Assembly: GCA_031397435.1 (NCBI GenBank)
Contig: JANNMC010000404.1
Coordinates: 1-52,983 of the forward strand
DNA: 52,983 nt
Source of the DNA: Candidatus Eiseniibacteriota bacterium
GTDB lineage: Bacteria; Eisenbacteria; RBG-16-71-46; SZUA-252
Direction: 5' to 3'
Shown here in pieces: positions 1-7,891 of this stretch. Below the pieces are notes generated by a model. That model was not told where the DNA came from. It did not search any database and saw only the letters and a list, made by a program, of their open reading frames with translations. The position numbers and the translations under genes are program-made. Within the stretch, counting starts at the first letter, position 1. Every line of letters begins with the position of its first letter.

Positions 1-963
1 GACGTTTGCGACCCAGATTCCGAGGAGCGCCAGTCCCATCCCGCGGCGCGCATCCTTGGTCTCTTGTAGCTGATTCTGAAGCACCTCCAAATCGCGTAGG
101 CGGACCACTCTCTCCGAAGGCCCAGCACTATCGACGAGCAGGGCGGCCCAATCGGTCTTCGTCTGATTCTGATCGACGGCGCCATTCGCGATAACAAGTC
201 CCGCACCCGCGGCGAGTGCTGCTCCCAGCCAGACCGATCCACGGAACCGATGCCCTGCAAATTCCTGGCCTGCCCCAGGCACCATCAGCGAGCGCCAGAG
301 AGACGCTCCCCGGGTCGTCGACGGCACGATGAGCGAAAGACGCGACGGGGACGATTCCCGCACCGAAAAACGGGGGCGGATCATGTAGTCGAGTGCGCTC
401 ACACCCCAGACGGCCGCGCCATATACGAGCCAGGACCCACGGGCTCTGCGTTCGTCGACCATTCGATCGGAGGCGTAGTCGCCAAACTCATCGAGGCGTG
501 CGCGGTAACGAAGGTGAGAGCGAACGGATCCGAAAATGGCGCCAGATCCGGCTAGCGCGAGAATCGCTCCACGCTCCTCGCGCCTTGCCGTGATATTGGG
601 GAAACCCGGGAAATTGAGTGAGCGGACCAGGAGGCCCGCACTCATTCCTGGCGGCTCGGACAGTGCTTCGGCCTCGTTCCCCGCACCCGATATCCGGAAG
701 GCCCCCTGCGTGCGGGCTATGCCCTCGCCTGCGGCAAGAAGTGAGAATCGTCCGGACGCGGCGGGCGGTAGCTCGAGCGGAGAGTGGCCGTTCACCGAGA
801 GCTTGCCCGAGAAGTTGAGCCGCACTCCGAACGGTTCCGCGAGGATCGTGACACCGGGTGCCACGGAGGACGTGGCAGGCGACTTGAGCGACTCCTGCGC
901 GTGCGCGGTGGCGGCTGCGAGGATCGTGGCGAGGAGGGCCATGTGAATCGATCGTAGCTTCAT
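1..963 (-). CDS. hypothetical exported/membrane protein, N-terminal 321 codons only (continues past window start)
   Basis: Absent from the ORF track because no stop lies in the window. My own reverse-complement translation from ATG(963) stays open to base 1. It begins MKLRSIHMALLATILAAATAHAQESLKSPATSS... (signal-peptide-like) and later contains LWRSLMVPGAGQEFAGHRFRGSVWLGAALAAGAGLVIA (hydrophobic segment). No family recognised. Confidence 0.55.
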   Translation of the reverse strand, partial: MKLRSIHMALLATILAAATAHAQESLKSPATSSVAPGVTILAEPFGVRLNFSGKLSVNGHSPLELPPAASGRFSLLAAGEGIARTQGAFRISGAGNEAEALSEPPGMSAGLLVRSLNFPGFPNITARREERGAILALAGSGAIFGSVRSHLRYRARLDEFGDYASDRMVDERRARGSWLVYGAAVWGVSALDYMIRPRFSVRESSPSRLSLIVPSTTRGASLWRSLMVPGAGQEFAGHRFRGSVWLGAALAAGAGLVIANGAVDQNQTKTDWAALLVDSAGPSERVVRLRDLEVLQNQLQETKDARRGMGLALLGIWVANV

Positions 964-972
964 GCGACCGGG

Positions 973-1001
973 AACATAGGTGTCCTGTCGATCGCTGTCA
1001 A
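973..1001 (-). promoter_or_regulatory. sigma70-type promoter candidate for the 963..1 gene
   Basis: Minus strand reads TTGACA (1001-996), 17 nt, TATGTT (978-973), 9 nt, ATG (963). The -35 is perfect and the -10 fits TAnnnT. There is no Shine-Dalgarno between -10 and ATG, so the transcript would be leaderless or nearly so. Confidence 0.5.
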
Positions 1002-1020
1002 GCGCGATGCCCCAAACGAA

Positions 1021-1053
1021 TCGAGCCCGCTCGGTGTTGCCGAGCGGGCTCGA
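1021..1053 (-). terminator. intrinsic terminator candidate downstream of the PEP-CTERM gene
   Basis: Perfect inverted repeat cgagcccgctcgg (1022-1034) / ccgagcgggctcg (1040-1052) with a 5-nt loop, 26 nt after the TAA at 1079-1081. On the minus strand it is followed by AUUCGUUUGG (partial U-tract). It sits between a gene end and the promoter candidate at 973-1001. Confidence 0.6.
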
Positions 1054-1078
1054 GGATTCTTTGCTTCTGAGTGGCTAC

Positions 1079-1801
1079 TTAGGAGCGCGGGCGCCGTACC
1101 GCCAGAAGCCCGGCAAGACCACCGCCGATGAGCATCAGCATCCCTGGCTCGGGAGCCGAACCGCCACCGCCGCCAGTTCCGCCACCGCCACCAGACTCGC
1201 CACCACCCGTGTTGCCGGTAACGTCATGCGAGAAGGGGGCGAACGCACCGTGAAGCCTGTAATTGGCGCGTCCCACGGTGCCGGTGAAGTAGTGGTCGAA
1301 GGCGTCGAAGTGAACCTGATCGTAGCCGGTGACGTGCATCATGTACTTGTTGATCTGGCCGTACTTATTCGAATTCGGATTGGGAACGGATCCGGTCGTG
1401 TAGTCCTGGATCTGATCCGCCGTGCTCGTGAAATCGCCGATATCCCAGTAGATGTGACCATCGGCGTTCTTGAACTCTGCGTGATTCTGAACGCCCTGTG
1501 TAAAGCCGGGCTTCGACGCATAGTCCGGGTCGAGCGCCAAGCCAGGGGTAGGTGTGACCGTTCCCGAAGATCCGTAGAACGATGCGGCGAGGGTCACGTC
1601 GTAGATCGTGCCGTAGTCACCCACGGCGCCGATCACCCAGAGTTCGAACGTGTCGTCCTCGATCGTCCAGGTTTCGGAGGCCATGTCGTACGTCGCATCA
1701 GGGCTGTAGAGCTGCAGGGCGGGAATGGCGTGAGCCATCGGCGCGCAGAACAAAAGCGCCACCATCGATGCAAGAGCAAGATGTGAATTTCTTCGGATCA
1801 C
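1079..1801 (-). CDS. PEP-CTERM sorting-domain protein (putative exosortase substrate)
   Basis: 240 aa; GTG start preceded by GAGGAAA. Signal peptide MIRRNSHLALASMVALLFCAPMAHA, then Gly-rich linker GGGESGGGGGTGGGGGS. Canonical C-terminus follows: PEP, hydrophobic helix GMLMLIGGGLAGLLAV, basic tail RRPRS. The N-terminal domain is of unknown function. Confidence 0.9.
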   Translation of the reverse strand: MIRRNSHLALASMVALLFCAPMAHAIPALQLYSPDATYDMASETWTIEDDTFELWVIGAVGDYGTIYDVTLAASFYGSSGTVTPTPGLALDPDYASKPGFTQGVQNHAEFKNADGHIYWDIGDFTSTADQIQDYTTGSVPNPNSNKYGQINKYMMHVTGYDQVHFDAFDHYFTGTVGRANYRLHGAFAPFSHDVTGNTGGGESGGGGGTGGGGGSAPEPGMLMLIGGGLAGLLAVRRPRS

Positions 1802-1962
1802 GATTGGTTTCCTCGTCCCTTCCCTGCGTCAGTACGGGATAGTGCGCTCGGCGAAGGCATATATCTCCTTGCCGACTGGAAGATACTACGGCCTCTTGGC
1901 TCCGGGTGTCTAGAACTATTTTTCGGAGCCAGGATGAATATGTATCCCCCCAACTGGAAACT

Positions 1963-1990
1963 AGTCTAGCAGTTAGGTTCAGATAGTCAA
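1963..1990 (-). promoter_or_regulatory. sigma70-type promoter candidate (extended -10) for the PEP-CTERM gene
   Basis: Minus strand reads TTGACT (1990-1985), 16 nt, TGc-TAGACT (1971-1963), inside a ~200-bp AT-rich island. The predicted leader to GTG 1801 is ~155 nt. A second weaker pair, TAGACA (1912-1907), 18 nt, TAGTAT (1888-1883), also exists, so the assignment is tentative. Confidence 0.4.
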
Positions 1991-2058
1991 CATTGAATTA
2001 CATCTATCCAGAACGAATTACAGGCTAGACCGTAACTGATTGTCAATGTTAGACCTAC

Positions 2059-3504
2059 CTACTCGGGCTTGGGCCCGGTGGATGAATCTCCGAGGTGGCT
2101 GGCCCGCTCGAGCAGCATGGAATAGCGCCTAGCCGCGAAATAGAGCAGCCTGACGTCTTCTCGGCGTGGACGTCGCCCATCGCGGCGGGGCCCGCAGAGG
2201 AGAAAGCCGATCATCTCCTCCTCGCCCCAGAGCGGCACCGCGACGCGCGCGTTGCAGGCGGCAATGGCCACCTTATTCTCGACATAGATCGAGACGTACT
2301 CGAGGTCGTCCGTGGGTCCCTGCAGTCGAATGGCGCGGCGTGCACGCCGCAACTCCATCGCCAGAGGGTCACGATCACCCACCTCTACACTCGGCGGTGG
2401 CGTCATGGTGCTCGACGCACATCGGAACTTCGCGCTCTTTCGGTCTGCGAGGAAGAGCGTGACGGATGCGAGGTCGGCGATTCCCAGCGCGTTCGCCGGG
2501 ATCGATCGACAGAGCTCCTCATAGTTGGTGCAGCCGTCTAGCGGGGCCACGGCGCGATTCGCCGCGACGCGAAAGGCCCCTCTCCAGTCTTGTAGAAGCG
2601 GAGCGAAGGCACGCTCCAGGCGGCGCCGCGCTCGGTTCGAGATCGCGACCGCCGTCGTGCCGAGGATCACACCACCCAACGCCACGAGCCAAAGGCCCCG
2701 GACGAAGCTGAAGCCCAGGGAGTGCGTCATCCATAGCAGCGTCGCCGTTCCCGCGAGAAACGCTGCGGCGAGCAGGAACGATGTCGTGGCCGTGACGGGA
2801 TGGACGGAGGGCGATAGCCGGGCTTCCCCCAGGCGTCCGCGAACGTAGGAGAGCGGCAAGAGGAGCGCGACCAATGCAACGGGCGCGGCCCCCAGCGTCA
2901 AGTCCGCGACGACGGCGCGGCCCGAAAGCAGCCCGCTCGCCGCCACCGCGGCGTAGAAGGCCGAGCAGACGATGGTGCCGAGTAGCGCCGGACGAAACGC
3001 GCGGCGATATCGACGCGGAAGCGAGAGATAGGTCGCCTCCAGACGGACGGTGTAGACCACGATGTTCGCGAGGATGATCCCGAGGATGACGCGATCCACC
3101 ACGCCGAGCGCGAGGGTGCCGCGAAGGTGCGTCGGCGCCGGCGGCGGCCCGAGCGCGAGCCACGCCGCGCTGGCGGCGGAGAGAATAGCCTGGAGGAACA
3201 GATACCCTCGCCATCCGGCGCCAAGGCGGGTGATCCGGGGGCGGCCGAGCGTCACCGCGGCCAGGACCCAGAGCAGGGTGACCGGGAGCGCGAGGGCCAT
3301 GGAGTAGCGGAACCAGAGTGCTTCCCCGCCCCACGGAACATCGAGCGCCACCCGCGCGAATCCGATTTGAAGGAGGCCCAGCAGCGCCACGCCCACGCCC
3401 GCGAGCAGCGCGGGGAGCCGCCCTGGCGCGAAGAGCACGATGAGTCCCCCCGACAAGGCGGCGAGAACTCCAGCCAGCGCGAGGATCAGGGCATCGGACG
3501 TCAT
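2059..3504 (-). CDS. multi-pass membrane protein with C-terminal GAF-like domain (PrsK-like sensor region, no kinase core)
   Basis: 481 aa. The first ~290 aa form about 8-9 hydrophobic helices. The last ~170 aa look GAF-like (...VAVPLWGEEEMIGFLLCGPRRDG...). The ATG overlaps the deacetylase stop (ATGA at 3501-3504). The architecture resembles the N-terminal two thirds of the PEP-CTERM system histidine kinase PrsK, but no H-box or ATPase motifs precede the stop. Confidence 0.5.
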   Translation of the reverse strand: MTSDALILALAGVLAALSGGLIVLFAPGRLPALLAGVGVALLGLLQIGFARVALDVPWGGEALWFRYSMALALPVTLLWVLAAVTLGRPRITRLGAGWRGYLFLQAILSAASAAWLALGPPPAPTHLRGTLALGVVDRVILGIILANIVVYTVRLEATYLSLPRRYRRAFRPALLGTIVCSAFYAAVAASGLLSGRAVVADLTLGAAPVALVALLLPLSYVRGRLGEARLSPSVHPVTATTSFLLAAAFLAGTATLLWMTHSLGFSFVRGLWLVALGGVILGTTAVAISNRARRRLERAFAPLLQDWRGAFRVAANRAVAPLDGCTNYEELCRSIPANALGIADLASVTLFLADRKSAKFRCASSTMTPPPSVEVGDRDPLAMELRRARRAIRLQGPTDDLEYVSIYVENKVAIAACNARVAVPLWGEEEMIGFLLCGPRRDGRRPRREDVRLLYFAARRYSMLLERASHLGDSSTGPKPE

Positions 3505-4421
3505 GACGATGTCACCGTGAGCAGACCCAATTCGCGAAGCCGATCGGCAACGGGCAGGAACCGGGCGCGCGCCACGATGCGGCGGAGGATCCTCTCCGTG
3601 GCGCCGAGCCGCGCGTAGTGCGTCCAGGGTCGCCGGGAGGGCCCCACGGTCGGTTGGCCCGGATCAAGCTCCCACGGATGAACGTTGACGACGAGAGGCG
3701 TGCCGGTCGCGGCATGCCGGTCGAGCGCGCCGAGGGAAAGCCAGGAGGGGAATAATCGCAGGTACGCCCCGGCGAGAACCGGCAGCCGCAGCGCCCCCAC
3801 GGAGAGCGTCGGGAGGGGGAACTCCGCGATCGTACCCTGCCCGGTCGAGATCAACGCCGGCACGCGAGGGCCCTCGGGATATCCGTAGCGGCGGCGACGG
3901 ATCGGATAGACGCTCGAGTCGTACGCGTATCCCGATTCCACGAGGATATCGAGCGCCCAGAGGGTCGATTTCCCGACGCTGTAGCTTGGCGCGCGATAGC
4001 CGAGGATCCGTTGTCCTGAGAGGTCCTCGAGAAGGGCCTTCGAGTCGATGGCCTGGGACCTAAATTCGGCAGGAGTCAACTCTGTGATCATGCGGTGATC
4101 GACGCCGTGCGATGCGACCTCGTGACCCCTGGCGGCGATCTCCCGGATAAGCGACGGTCGCTCCCGCGCCACGCAACCAAGGGTGAAGAAGGTTCCCCTG
4201 GCCCCCGCACCATCGAAGAGATCAAGGAGGCGATGCGTATTCGCCACCACGCGAGAGGGATATCGACCCCACGACTCGCGCGGCGCGTACGCCGCGAAGG
4301 CCTGAACCTGGAAATAGTCCTCCACATCCACGCTCAAGGCGAACGCGGGCTCGGTGCGGCGCGGCGCGACGGGCTTCTGTGGTGGGGCGTCGATCATGGT
4401 GGAGGCGCAAGCGCGCGCCAT
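3501..4421 (-). CDS. polysaccharide deacetylase, XrtA/PEP-CTERM-locus subfamily
   Basis: 306 aa. It has the N-terminal signature FALSVDVEDYFQVQAF and NodB-like features characteristic of the deacetylase family named for PEP-CTERM loci. Its position next to the exosortase region fits. Confidence 0.88.
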   Translation of the reverse strand: MARACASTMIDAPPQKPVAPRRTEPAFALSVDVEDYFQVQAFAAYAPRESWGRYPSRVVANTHRLLDLFDGAGARGTFFTLGCVARERPSLIREIAARGHEVASHGVDHRMITELTPAEFRSQAIDSKALLEDLSGQRILGYRAPSYSVGKSTLWALDILVESGYAYDSSVYPIRRRRYGYPEGPRVPALISTGQGTIAEFPLPTLSVGALRLPVLAGAYLRLFPSWLSLGALDRHAATGTPLVVNVHPWELDPGQPTVGPSRRPWTHYARLGATERILRRIVARARFLPVADRLRELGLLTVTSS

Positions 4422-4488
4422 GGCGCGCCGCGCGACGGGTGGAGGATACCGTGTGGCGAGGAGAACGGGAAGCGTGGCCGTTCGAAGT

Positions 4489-5475
4489 CTACGGAATGAT
4501 CGCGAGTTGTGTCACGCTTCGGCCCGAGGGTGCGTCGACGATCACATTGTAGATGCCAGGTGCGACCGACTTCCCCGCATCGGAGCGGCAGGTCCAGTCG
4601 AGCGCCTGCTCCCCACTTGGGAGGATTCCGTCGAAGAGGGTGGTGATGCGATGCCCGGTGAGATCGTAGATCACGACCCGAACGCGGCCCGGCGCGCCAT
4701 CGGTGGTGCCTCCGCGAAATCGAATCGAGACACGGTCTCTCGCGGGATTCGGATAGCCGCGGACGGCGCTCGTGATCGTGGCAAGCCGATCGGACGGAAC
4801 CGTGGCCGTGGCCACGGCCGGCGGACTCTCGAGACCGTTCTGGTGTGTCGCGACGCGATATTCGTACGATTCCCCGCCGCGTACGGTGGTGTCCGTGAAC
4901 GCGGTCTGGACAACCGGCAGCGTCGCGAGCAGCGTGTCGGGGCTAGTGGAATCGCGACGATAGAGGCGATAGCCCTCACCCGCTCCCGCCGCCGGTTCAC
5001 TCCAGGCTAGCCGCACCCCTCCCGTCACGACCTGCGCCGTGAAGTCGCTCGGCGTGGCGAGCGCCCCGCCCGGCGTGCCGGCCTGCCGGACGGAGACATT
5101 GGAGTAGGCGGAACCATTCCCCGCGTCGTCGGTGCTGCGAAGCACGAAGTGGTAGGTGGCGCCGGTCGTCAGGCCGATCACCGTGAATCGTTCCCGGCTC
5201 CCCGCGGTGAGCGGTGGCGGGAGGACGCCCGCGGCCTGAGCGCCGTTCCACCATCCGGTTGTGTCACCGGAGGCGATCGGCGACGAGGCATAGCGCAACT
5301 CGTAGGAGGCGGCCCGTCCCGTTGTGCCGTCGTCGCCGGGCGCGGTCCACGTGAGATCGATTGTGTCCGCCACACCCCGTGACGGCGTGAAGGCCGCGAG
5401 CGCCAAGGCGCCCGCGACCATCCACGCCCGAGCGCGGGGCGTGCGAAGACTGTAGGGTCGGTTAGAAGGCGTCAT
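4489..5475 (-). CDS. exported Fn3-repeat protein with FlgD-Ig / T9SS-type-A-like C-terminal domain
   Basis: Track ORF 4489..5916 trimmed to ATG 5475 (MTPSNRPYSL...); the upstream part is Arg/Pro-rich and overlaps the previous gene. Signal peptide AWMVAGALALAAFTPSRGVA. Then an APGDDG-type Fn3-like repeat (DLTWTAPGDDGTTGRAASYELRY...WWNGA...YHFVL), a second ordinary Fn3, and a C-terminal domain GYPNPARDRVSIRF...VVIYDLTGHRI...VAPGIYNVIV...LAIIP. Confidence 0.8.
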   Translation of the reverse strand: MTPSNRPYSLRTPRARAWMVAGALALAAFTPSRGVADTIDLTWTAPGDDGTTGRAASYELRYASSPIASGDTTGWWNGAQAAGVLPPPLTAGSRERFTVIGLTTGATYHFVLRSTDDAGNGSAYSNVSVRQAGTPGGALATPSDFTAQVVTGGVRLAWSEPAAGAGEGYRLYRRDSTSPDTLLATLPVVQTAFTDTTVRGGESYEYRVATHQNGLESPPAVATATVPSDRLATITSAVRGYPNPARDRVSIRFRGGTTDGAPGRVRVVIYDLTGHRITTLFDGILPSGEQALDWTCRSDAGKSVAPGIYNVIVDAPSGRSVTQLAIIP

Positions 5476-6343
5476 GTCTTTCGGCCGCCGGAGACTCGCG
5501 GAAGTGCGTCGCCGCGCCACCCGCTGCTCCAGTCCCACCTCCAAAGGAGAGATCGCGCACCGCTGCCGGTGGAATCGTGTCGGCGGTGCTGGCGCTAGCG
5601 ACGTTCGAGAGCGCGGCGACGTTGCTTCGGTCGTCCGTTGCCCGCATGGCGACATAATAGATCTGGCTGCCCGCCAGGCCCGCGACGGTGAAGGTCTGCA
5701 CGGTCCCCGCGGCGGTCGGAACTGGCTCTCCGGTGACTGGAGTCGCGCTCGCCCAGTTTCCACTCGTGATGGCCGACGTGGAGTACCGAATGTCGTAGCT
5801 CGACGCCGTGCCGGTGCTGCCGTCGTCGCCCGGCGCGGTCCAGCGGAGCGACAGCGTCGTTCCCGTGGCGCCGGTGATGGTGAGGTCCGCGATCGCGGCA
5901 GGTGCCGTGACGTCACCCGACGTGGTCTTCAGGGCGACGTTCGAGTAACCCGCCCAGTTCGGGATTTCGTCTGCGGTCTTGATGATGAAGTAGTACGAGG
6001 TGAGCGGCTGGAGTCCCCTTACCCGGAGCGAGTCCGAAGCGCCCGATACGCCGGGAATCGGTTCCCCCGTGACGGCGGTGGCGCCGTTCCACCAGGTGAG
6101 CGTGTCCGTTCCCGCGACAGCGGTCGTGCGGTAGCGGAGGTCGTAGGTCGTGGCGCGCCCCGTCGTGCCGTCGTCGCCGGGAGCCGTCCAGTTCAAGACC
6201 ACGCTTGAATCGGCCGATGTCTGCGCGGTCGCCTCTCGTACCGACAAGGGTGAAACCGAAAGAGTCACGATCATGGCGGCGATCGCGAGTGGACTACGAA
6301 GGTCTTTTCGATTCAGACGGGAATTCGGTTGAAGCTCGAGCAT
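5462..6343 (-). CDS. exported protein with two APGDDG-type Fn3-like repeats (no C-terminal sorting-like domain)
   Basis: Start moved to ATG 6343 (MLELQPN...) because GGAGGA lies 6 nt upstream. Signal peptide ends ...SVREATAQ. Repeats are VLNWTAPGDDGTTGRATTYDLRY and LRWTAPGDDGSTGTASSYDIRY. The last 14 nt overlap the next gene start. Confidence 0.8.
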   Translation of the reverse strand: MLELQPNSRLNRKDLRSPLAIAAMIVTLSVSPLSVREATAQTSADSSVVLNWTAPGDDGTTGRATTYDLRYRTTAVAGTDTLTWWNGATAVTGEPIPGVSGASDSLRVRGLQPLTSYYFIIKTADEIPNWAGYSNVALKTTSGDVTAPAAIADLTITGATGTTLSLRWTAPGDDGSTGTASSYDIRYSTSAITSGNWASATPVTGEPVPTAAGTVQTFTVAGLAGSQIYYVAMRATDDRSNVAALSNVASASTADTIPPAAVRDLSFGGGTGAAGGAATHFRESPAAERHDAF

Positions 6344-6553
6344 GGGTGTCCTCCCCGCTTGCCGACGACTCGACGCCAACGACGCGACGAGCCGTCAGTG
6401 ACTCGTAGGTTCCATGGTGGCCCGGCCGGCATCGAGACGTGGCGCCACGGTGGCGCGCACGCTCGGAAGCCCCGAAACTCTGCGTCCCGTTCTTTCGTAC
6501 GGTTTGCTCTGATCATGGATGAAAGGCGTACCCCCCGGCCCGACCGTGAGACA

Positions 6554-6569
6554 AGCACGTTCGATGCCA
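6554..6569 (-). promoter_or_regulatory. sigma54 (-24/-12) promoter candidate
   Basis: Minus strand reads TGGCAT-CGAAC-GTGCT. The GG-N10-GC spacing is correct and 9 of 11 consensus positions (TGGCAC-N5-TTGCW) match. It lies ~210 nt upstream of ATG 6343 inside a 415-bp gap. Confidence 0.4.
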
Positions 6570-6758
6570 ATGCAAACGCTGACGATTTTGCAAAAGGGGC
6601 CGCGGAAAAGTCGTGAGTTACGCGCCAAACGTGCAGAGCGCCCGGCGGCATACGTGCTGCACGGGGACGGTTGCAGCGCCGTCGTCTGAAGATGCACGGG
6701 CAAGCGACGTGGAACGGCACCGCTGCGAAGCGAAGAATGGAGCGTGCTCCACAGATGA

Positions 6759-7643
6759 TTAGGCCGCACGACGCTTGTCGCCATCCTTACCGATAGGCGC
6801 GAGCGCCAACGACAGCGATCGCTCGGCGTCCCGCATCGAGAGATCGCGAACTGGAGAAGGCGCGATGGTGTCGGTGGTCGTGCCGCTCACGACGTTGGAG
6901 AGCGCTCCGACGTTGCCTCCGCCGTCCGAGGCGCGGATGGCGATGAAGTACGTTTGACTTCCTGAGAGTCCCGCCACGGTGAAAACCTGCTGCGTCCCCG
7001 AAACGGCGGGAGCTGGTTCGCCGGAGGCTTGCGTGGCAGATGCCCAGTTCACGGAGGTGATGGGGCTGGTCGAGTACCGGATGTCATAGCTGGACGCCGT
7101 GCCGGTGTTTCCGTCATTGCCAGGAGCGTTCCAGCGGAGCGAAATGGTGCTCGCCGCGGTGCCCGTTATGGCGAGCGTGGTGATGGCCGCCGGCGCGGTG
7201 TTGTCGCCAGTCGTCGTCTTCGTCGCGACGTTCGAGTATCCCGACCAGTTCGGAACTTCGTCCGCCGCACGGACGATGAAGTAGTAGGTCGTGAGCGGCG
7301 TAAGACCTCGCACCCGTGTGGAGTCAGTCGAGCCCGCGACGGCGGGCGCCGGCTCGCCGGTTACTTGGGTCGCGCCATTCCACCAGCTCAGCGTGTCCAC
7401 TCCTGAAATCGGTGTCGTACGGTAGCGAAGATCGTAGGAGGCTGCCCGTCCACTGTTGCCATCGTCCCCTGGGGCCGTCCAGAGGAGCACGACCGATGAG
7501 TCCGCCGATGTCTGCGCGAAGGCTAGGCCCGGGGATACCGCTGCTAGAACGAAGGCGACGACAAGAAGCAGGCGATGCGTGGGTCGGCGCGAAGCCGTTG
7601 GGTGGACCTTGGCGGAGTGCGGGAAACGCTGGCGAGCATGCAT
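6759..7643 (-). CDS. exported protein with two APGDDG-type Fn3-like repeats (tandem duplicate of 5462-6343)
   Basis: 294 aa; ATG 7643 preceded by GAGGAGGA. Signal peptide ends ...SPGLAFAQ. Repeats are VLLWTAPGDDGNSGRAASYDLRY and LRWNAPGNDGNTGTASSYDIRY. It aligns with 5462-6343 over its full length. Confidence 0.8.
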   Translation of the reverse strand: MHARQRFPHSAKVHPTASRRPTHRLLLVVAFVLAAVSPGLAFAQTSADSSVVLLWTAPGDDGNSGRAASYDLRYRTTPISGVDTLSWWNGATQVTGEPAPAVAGSTDSTRVRGLTPLTTYYFIVRAADEVPNWSGYSNVATKTTTGDNTAPAAITTLAITGTAASTISLRWNAPGNDGNTGTASSYDIRYSTSPITSVNWASATQASGEPAPAVSGTQQVFTVAGLSGSQTYFIAIRASDGGGNVGALSNVVSGTTTDTIAPSPVRDLSMRDAERSLSLALAPIGKDGDKRRAA

Positions 7644-7807
7644 GATGTTCCTCCTCGAGATGCGGCGCTGTACCTTGGCGGACGATTGCGTCCACCGCTG
7701 TCCCGTTTACCACACACCTGCACACTGGCCTCGCGGTCGAGACGCGCCCGATGGTGAGATGCCCACGATTGTTAGCAGGATCCCCTCCTGCCACACGCCG
7801 CAGGTGT

Positions 7808-7824
7808 TTGCAGGAATTGTGCCA
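7808..7824 (-). promoter_or_regulatory. sigma54 (-24/-12) promoter
   Basis: Minus strand reads TGGCAC-AATTC-CTGCAA, 10/11 matches to TGGCAC-N5-TTGCA with exact spacing. It lies in the 248-bp gap upstream of 6759-7643. Confidence 0.65.
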
Positions 7825-7891
7825 CGACATCATCTCTAACTCGTGCGGACTGCACGGTTGTGGAGCGATGGGGAGGAAATGTTGGGGATGG

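Noticed and set aside
1140-1205. GGN-rich tract encoding the poly-Gly linker of the PEP-CTERM protein, and the GAGCC/GGCTC-rich tract at ~12360-12400 encoding EPEPEPDPEPE; considered as slippage-prone phase-variation repeats.
   Set aside because: The repeats are imperfect at the nucleotide level, with no long homopolymer or exact short tandem repeat. They are more simply explained as low-complexity linkers.
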